Source of the DNA: the human T2T-CHM13v2.0 reference genome, Homo sapiens
Direction: 5' to 3' (one strand)
DNA: 64,000 bases
Assembly: GCF_009914755.1 (NCBI RefSeq)
Contig: NC_060947.1
Shown here: positions 56,446 to 64,000 of the stretch, in pieces
How positions within the stretch are numbered: the first letter of the stretch is position 1
Layout: each line of letters opens with the position of its first letter
Made by a program: the position numbers and the translations under genes
Notes under the pieces: generated by a model
The model's input: the letters and a program-made list of their open reading frames with translations, nothing else
What the model was told of the DNA's origin: nothing
The model's database searches: none

Positions 56446-59351
56446 CTTTTAAAGGGAGCAGAGGTAGTCTAGGTAATCTCTTAGTTTTATACGTGCGTAG
56501 TATTCTAGGTTCTGTGCAACTGAGAATTCCCCCAGTACAGGCCCAAGCATAATCTGTTTGGTAGTGTCTCACAGCTCACAGAGACTTAGATAACAATTCC
56601 TGCCTCAAAAGATTCTGTTAGGGGATCCATGGCCTTTCCTCTGGAAATTCAGAAACTTATTTTCTGACTTATCTGCCAGCAGAACTGCTTTACCACTTCT
56701 AATTACCAAGAGAATATTTTACAGCTTACTTCTCAAGATGAGGGTTGAGAACCAGACAAAGACAGGGGAAAAAGATAGGCAGATGTCATAATTCGATAAC
56801 CCAGAAAGAGCACGCTTAGAGGAGACACAAGGAGTGGTCTGAGAGACAGGCAGACAGACAGACAAGACACAACTTTCAGGAAGGTGAGGGCAGATGAGGG
56901 AAGAAGTGGGGAGTGGGCAGAAGAGGCCAGACTGCCTTAAATGTACATTCACTGGAACTCTCATTACAATGACAAAGCTCTCATAATAGTGACCTTAGTA
57001 GTTAAACAATCTTTGGATTTCTAAGTGCTTCCTAAATGCGGATTATTTTTTTAATTGATTCCACCCAAAAGGTACTAAATTGTCCAGTAAATCATTCATG
57101 TCTTTCTTGGGGGTTAGGTATTTGTTTTACACAAGGAGAGAGCGCAGCACCTGTGCAAGAATCTCACCATCCGGGGAAGACAGCTACAAATCTAGACTGG
57201 AATAGCCTTCTGACTCTTCACACCAGCTCCCAGCCTGCCTCTGGGACACAATCTCCAACCTTGCAACAAGGAGTGCTACAATATCACCTTGGTATGCAGT
57301 GCAAAGAGCAGGCAGCAGCTGTGAAGGCAGGCCAGGGAGGGGGATAAGTACTTAGCTAACCAGCACACTTGCCAGGATCAGCACCTAGAAAGACCAAAAG
57401 AACTCTCAACATGAGAGTTTCCTGTTAACTGGACACTCCCCGATTCATTCTCTTATTTAATCCTCACTCATTCATTTAACAGCTTTTCACTGAGTACGCA
57501 TTATATGTCAAGCACTGTTCTAGGCACTGGGCATGAAGAAGTGAATAAAGCAATCAAAGAGCCCTGCCCTCATGGAGCTGACATTTCAATTGGAAAGACA
57601 ATAAGTAAATAAATTATAAGGTATGCAAGAAAGTAATAAACGCTATGAAAATACGTAAAGCTGCATAAAGGGAATTAAAAGTACCCAGTGAGGTTCTCTC
57701 CCTGTTTTACAGATTTAAAAACCTGAGTTTTGAGAAGAGAAATGAACTTGCCTGGTATAGTAACCCAGTCTGTGGGACTTTTTCTATTTTGCCATACTGT
57801 CTTCAGGGACACACAACTAAGGAGTTGGGAGCCAGAGGGTTGACCTGCTGGCATGTTTGCAGTGGGGAGTGTCCTGTATTAGGCACAAGATCAGGAAGAA
57901 GGTTCTGATAGGACCTAAAAAACCCACCAGACTAACAGCTTTACTTGCTGGCCAGGGCTTCAAAATGAGACTTCCAGTACCATCCTAGAGAGGCCAAAAC
58001 ACAATGGGGAAAAGCGAAGCATGCTAGAGAGAGCTAGGATTCTTATATCCTTAGAGTGCAGTTCCACCTGCCTAAGTACTGTGTGTTGACAGGTTCATCT
58101 CTATTCCTTTCTGGGCCACAGACCCCAATTTGTATAATCAAGGACTCGATGAACTTCCTAAGATCTCTTTCCCCTTTGACATTATATAGGCCACTGAGCT
58201 TAGTGGTAGATCTGGGCCAGTTACTCAAAACATTCTATAAGATTACTTAGTTATTTTGGTTTTCCCCTGGCCCAGAAGTGAATAGCACCAACACCCAAAG
58301 TTCCTAAATGCTCACTGTTCAGCAAGGCAAAAAATGAAAGAAGCTAAGGAAACTATATCCAAATCCACAGTTAAACTCCAGCTGAGCATACTGAGGTGGA
58401 ACCCAAGGAAATTGAGTCAGTAATAATGTGTAAGACAAGTAAGAAGATATAATCCTGGAGCCAGAGGAAAAGAGAAAGAAAGGACATGGAGAAAGCACCC
58501 TGGTAACTTCCCCAATAAGACTGCTGGGTTCCCTGACACTGCTCCCATCTTCCCCTCCAGCCTATTCCACCACCTACAAATGCAGTCTGGGTTGTACTTG
58601 CTGCCCAGATCTAGCTTACCATTACCATCACCTTCTATCCCTATTCCCCTATGTGCCCAGGAAACCACAGCTTGAAGAGAAGGGTTTAAAGGATTATTGC
58701 ATAGTGCAGAGTGTCTGCACTGATGTCAGAGGCCTGATTTCCAGTCCCAGCTCTAACCCTGACTAACTCTGTGGCCTTGGGCAAGCTCCTCCCCTCTCAG
58801 TGCCTTGTCTGTAACTTAAAGGGCTTGTAATGTTTCTTAACTTTTCATGGAATCACAGACTTCTGAGAATCTGACGAAATCTGTGGATGCAGATGCCACA
58901 ATTTAGCATACAATTTCAAGTGACTCATGGACTTGTAGGCTAAGAATTTCTGCCTGATAGCTAAGGGCTCTTTCAGCTCTGAGTCTGTGGTTCTGTGATC
59001 TGGGCATGAGGCCAAGATCTGCCTGCCCCTTCCGGAGGAAGAGGAGGAGGAATCCACCTTCCAAATATATCCTTTAGCTTGTGCTTCCAGCTGCTTTTGG
59101 CTTTAACCCATGATACTCTGAAGCCATGAGGAGTTCTTGCTTCCCTACAAAGCCTGAAACGGAGTAACAAAGACAAAGGCAAAGTGCTAGAGCTTCCTTC
59201 AAAACCCAATGGCTCTGAGCTTCCTTCCTAGAGCCTCTTGGGCCCCAGTCTAAAATTAAAGGCAGAGGTAGGAGGGCCTCTGGTTTAGGCAATAAATAAT
59301 TCCAGAAAGGCTGGCTTGCATTGCTGGTTGGCAAGCCTTGTCCAGACCGTA

Positions 59352-59365
59352 CTGTCCTCTGGTGG
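59352..59365 (-). promoter_or_regulatory. Weak candidate CTCF motif
   Basis: Minus strand CCACCAGAGGACAG, one mismatch to the core consensus. Confidence 0.3.
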
Positions 59366-59859
59366 TTATGAGCATGTATAGGAGCTTAGCCGGAGGCCTC
59401 AAGCTTTAATGACAATATAGGGATAATAACCAGCTGGTAACATTAGCAGGGGTCCCACATGTACTTGGATTTTCCCCTAAGCTACTGCTATAAGCCAAGC
59501 TCAGAATGTGGGGTGTGGGGAGAGGGAGTGACAGTATTACCAGTATTCTGAGGTCAGCCTGAACAAGTGCTGACTTTGGGCCTTGGAGATATCATTCTGA
59601 TTCTAGTGAGGCCCATGCCCCTTCTTTTGCAGCTCCCTGCTATTCTTTCCCTGGAACCCTGAAGTAGAGCTCCCCTATTGTGACCCTGCCAATAGATTAG
59701 CTATAAGGAAGTGGGAGGTCGGTCACAGTGGATAGCCAAGCCCCCACCTGCAAGGAGGACTAGAGCTCCTTCCCCATTACTGAGGCCAATCTCATATCTT
59801 CTTTTAGGTTTAAATATATATGGTCAACGGACTATTAGGCATCAAAAACATAGATGTCA

Positions 59860-60137
59860 GGCTGGGCATGGTGGCTCACACCTGTAATCTCAGCACTTTG
59901 GGAGGCAGAGGCAGGCAGATCACTTGAGATCAAGAGTTCAAGACCAGCCTGACAACATGGTGAAACCCGCCTCTAATAAAAATACAAAAATTAGCCAGGC
60001 CTGGTGGTGTGTGCCTGTAATCCCAGTTACTCGGGAGGCTGAGGCATGAGGCAGAGGTTACAGTGAGCCGAGATCGCGCCACTGCACTCCAGCCTGGGTG
60101 ACAGAGCAAGACTATATCAAAAAAAAAAAAAAAAAAA
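59860..60137 (+). mobile_element. AluS with a ~19-bp right-arm deletion
   Basis: Dimeric Alu with A tail; flanking agatgtc repeat. Confidence 0.92.
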
Positions 60138-61003
60138 GATGTCCCATAAATTTTTTCAAATTCTATATATCCCAACTTAGCTCATTATTTTCCTTCATAT
60201 CTTAATTGTATCATTTTGGAGACTTTAAGGTGCAAGTAACAGAAACTTAAGTAAAAATGATTAAATTATGTTAACAGTGTATTGGCTTTATCTAACAAGT
60301 ACTCTGTTCTGCTGTTGGTCAATTCAGCGGTTCACTGGTATGAAGAATCCAGGTTCTTTCCATCTGTCTGCTCTATTACCCTTAGCATGTCAGCTGCTCC
60401 TCTTATGGTCAAAATATGGCTGCCACAGTGCCAGGCATCAAGTTTCCATACACTAATAGCCAAAGGCTGAAAAAGAGAAAAGTCTTTCATTTTCACTCAT
60501 CTTTAGACAGCAAAAATCTTTCCTGTCACTTCTCTGCCTTTTGGTGAGGATCAAGTGAAGTAACCTTTCCTCCAAGCTCCACAACAGACTTCTTCTCACA
60601 TGTCATTGGTAAGAATTGCACTATGTGCTTTAGCAGTTAGGACTTTAGATTCTGCAGCAATACAACAGAAAAACAAACAAATGAAACAAAACATAAAACA
60701 AAATGGATGTCCTGAATATAGTAACATTTTATTTCTGTATAGAAGCCCAGGGGCAGGCAGCTGAGGGCCGGTATGACAGACTCACAAAGTCGTCAGAGAC
60801 CCAGAATCCTTCCAGCCTTCTCTTCTGCCATTCTTATGGAATTGCCCATATCTACATGGCCCCAAATGGCTGTTGGAACTCCAGTCATGACATTCATATT
60901 CAGAAAGGAAGACAGAGGAAACAGAAGAGAAGACGCACTATCCATTTTAAGGAGCCTTCCCAGAAATCGAATACAACACTTCCACTTAAATCTCATTGGT
61001 GCA

Positions 61004-61228
61004 TGGCCACCATGGTGAAACCCTGTCTCTACAAAAATACAAAAATTAGCCTGGCATTATGGCGGGTGCCTGTAATCCCAGCTACTTGGGAGGCTGAGGC
61101 GGGAGAATCGCTTGAACCCGGAGTGGGGGGTGAGGTTGCAGTGAGCCAAGATCGTGCCATTGCACTCCAGCCTGGGCGACAGAGCAAGACTCCCTCTCAA
61201 AAAAAAAAAAAAAAAAAGAAAAAAAAAA
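61004..61228 (+). mobile_element. 5'-truncated AluS nested in an MLT-like LTR
   Basis: TSD ctcattgg at 60992-60999 and 61229-61236; A tail. Confidence 0.9.
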
Positions 61229-61441
61229 CTCATTGGCAAAAACCTAGTGTCATTCCTACACCCATCTGTAAGAGAATCTGATAGCAAAGTGCCCAGCTAA
61301 AAAGTGGCACTCTATTGCTATGAAAGAAGTGGAGAACAGGGGGGACAGCCAGCACTCTGAAATGCATGTCACTTCCTAATCAATTAGTGGCAAAGTAAAT
61401 GAAATAACCACGATTAGTTTAGACCAGGGTTAGATTAGACC

Positions 61442-61652
61442 CAGTGATTCCCAACCAGAGGTGGTTTTGGTCCCCGGAGACTTTGACAATGCTTGGAGAA
61501 ATTTTTCGTTATCACAACTTGCGGGGAGTAGTACGACCAGCATCTGCTAGAGACCAGGGGTGCTGGTAATACCGTACAATGCACAGGACAAGCCCCACAA
61601 CAAACATTGATCACACCTAGTATGTCAATAGCACTAAACATTGAGAAACCTT
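61442..61652. mobile_element. MER20-like hAT element
   Basis: cagtgattcccaacc...caatgcacaggacaagccccacaacaa...gtcaatagcac...ttgagaaacc. Confidence 0.75.
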
Positions 61653-64000
61653 GGCTTATACTCATCAAGATCTACCATACACCTAATCTTGGTCTTCCAG
61701 CTGAAGAACTCAGGCTTCAATAGGCTTCTATATGTCACTGAATAGCATCATAAGGTATCCATTTGCCCCAGCTGAAAATTTGGAGAATGTCCTTCCTCTA
61801 CTTAAATCTCTATAGTGGTTTCTTATTGCCTTCAGAATAAAGACTAAAACCATTGCTGTGACCCGTGATAACCTACATGATCTGGCATCTACCAGCTTTA
61901 TATCACACCACTCTCCCTCCTTGCTCTCTGTGGTACAGCCATATTAGCCTTTTGTTTGTTTCTCAAATGTGCCGTATGGTCTTTTTCACCTTTCCGCCTT
62001 TGCCTCATCCTTCAGCTCCAACTGTGGTAGACTGATTGCATTAATGGTCTCAATTATTCACCCTTCTCTTTATCCATGCTCTTTGTTGACATGTGACATG
62101 TCACTCCCTTCCACTCTGATTCTAGGCCCAGTTATGTTATTTTCTTCTGCCAATGGAAGGCTGGCATAAGTGACAGCATGCAAATTCTGAAGCTAGGTAC
62201 TAAGAAGCATTGTGTGTGTTTTCTCATTCCTGTAGCCAATCCAGGACAAGCCCAGCCTGGTCATCACAACCCTAGTTGACCTGAAGTTATTCTAGTGAGA
62301 AATAAATATTTGTTGTTATACGGCATTGAGATCAGTGATTGTTCTGGAGCATTAGTAGCTCACTCTTAAACCCCTCAATCCAATATTACTCAAATTCTGT
62401 TAATCTACTACCAAAATATCTTTTCTATCTGTTACACTGACTCAGTTCTGTCCTTCAAAATGTTCTCACTCATCTCCCTATTTTCAGGCTTCCCCTCCTC
62501 CAGCCAGTCCTCCACTTTGCTGCCATAATTATTATCCAGAGAAAGAAAACAAAATAAACAACAAAATATGATCATGTGACTTCCCTGCTTAAAACTCTTC
62601 AATGGCTCCTCATTTCCCCAAGGATAAGACCCATACCCCTTAGCCTGGCATTGCGGGCTTCCCTTTTATACCACTCTTAACTGTAAAACTTCATCTACCC
62701 TTTCCTCCCTGTTATTCTCCTATCACAAGGTTCAAACATGTTCTATTTTTTCAGGTTCCTAGGCATTTACTCATCCCACTGTTCCCTTTCCCCTCACCTT
62801 CCCTGATTTGGGTGAAATCCTTTTCAGCTTTGTAGGCAGAACACAAATGCCAGTTCTTCTGTGCAGCCTTCCTTTTCCCTCACCCCCACTAGAAGATAAC
62901 ATCCCTCTCCTTTGTACTTCTATATTGAGCTGTTTAGCTCACACATCCTTCAGCTCCGAGTTATAATTAGCTCCTTAAGCAATCACCTGCCCTACTCCTT
63001 GTGAAATTCTTTGTGTAATTTTTCCCTGCCACTTTCTCACTCTCATGCCCTTCCCATACCTAACACGAAACCTGGCACAAAGTAGGTGCTCAGTAATGAG
63101 TATCTCATTGAAAGAATTCTCTAACTTTAAGTCCTTGGTGCTAGATCTGTAAGGTATTATATTAGGAGTAGTTATATCCCCAATATTATCCCCCCTCCCC
63201 TAACTTCATATTTCCAACTATAATCATCCATCAATGAGATTTCATTGGAGGCAGTTAGCTCTCCTTTTGAAAGCGATATGACACCAGAGAGGGAAAATGG
63301 CATCATTAGTGTTTAATCTAGGCCTTCCTTCCCATATATCTACCTGAGATAAGGTAATAAACATTTTGTTTTTGATGGGGTGGAGCAGGAATGCTGTATA
63401 GAGTTATACAGGATGCACACTGCAACTCTAAGAGGTGCCACTCAGCTAGGTATAGACACAACCTACAAAACTAAGATGGGGCCTAGGAGTAGTGATTCTG
63501 AAACAAAGAACCCAAGGGAGAGAGAGAAACCAGAGAGAGAAACTGAGGAGGCCAAGCAAGGATAGGATAAATGGAGAGAGATGAGAAGAGAGAAATGATG
63601 GAAACCAAGAACTGGAGGCTATAGCAATTTTTACATGTGCCTCTAGTGTATGAGCCTTCCTTCTGCAGCAATCTTTGGAAATGAAGACCACTATCCAGGG
63701 CAGGATTGCCTTAGAAAGAGTAAACACACTCTTTGTGTGTGGTCTGCCTGCTAATTCCCTGGTGTCAAATCTCGGCAGCCTTTTCTTCCATCTCCCACTT
63801 CATTCTTTATGGGGTTTCCAAATACCTCTTTCTCTGTGTCTCCATTCCCTAGCTTACCGCTGACTCTCTGTGTGACCTTGGGTTGATCCTTTCTCTTCTC
63901 TGGACCTCTAGTTCCCCATTGATAGCATAAGGCCGGGGGGGGAGGGGCGGGGGTGTTGGATAAACTGTGTTACAGTGGCTCAGTTCCAGGACACTGTGTA

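Noticed and set aside
60703-61281. Longest ORF in the track (192 aa)
   Set aside because: Runs through MLT-like LTR sequence into an Alu and its poly(A) (poly-K); a chance repeat-derived frame.
63935-63953. G8-A-G4-C-G5 potential G-quadruplex
   Set aside because: Isolated G-run next to a MIR-like fragment with no CpG island or promoter context.

Overview
Human genomic DNA (a human-specific L1HS-Ta copy is present), recognised from memory as Xq12. Positions 1-~6479 are the distal part of the long androgen receptor (AR) 3'UTR with its two non-canonical poly(A) signals. The remaining ~57 kb is repeat-rich sequence (L1, Alu, L2, MIR, CR1, LTR, DNA transposons, microsatellites) with no intact protein-coding gene. 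Two things stand out. (1) A candidate fossil multi-exon protein-coding gene lies on the minus strand, tail-to-tail with AR (~8.9-36.7 kb). About 20 exon-like segments are bounded by AG and GT (one GC), several consecutive ones chain in phase, stops are scattered, and one exon module is internally duplicated. I cannot assign the product to a family. (2) A young 2.1-kb L1HS-Ta insertion (38807-40907) has an 18-bp TSD, a twin-priming 5' inversion, two poly(A) tails and a 1476-bp 3' transduction of foreign genomic DNA. All calls were made by eye; repeat subfamily names and the boundaries of old repeats are approximate.
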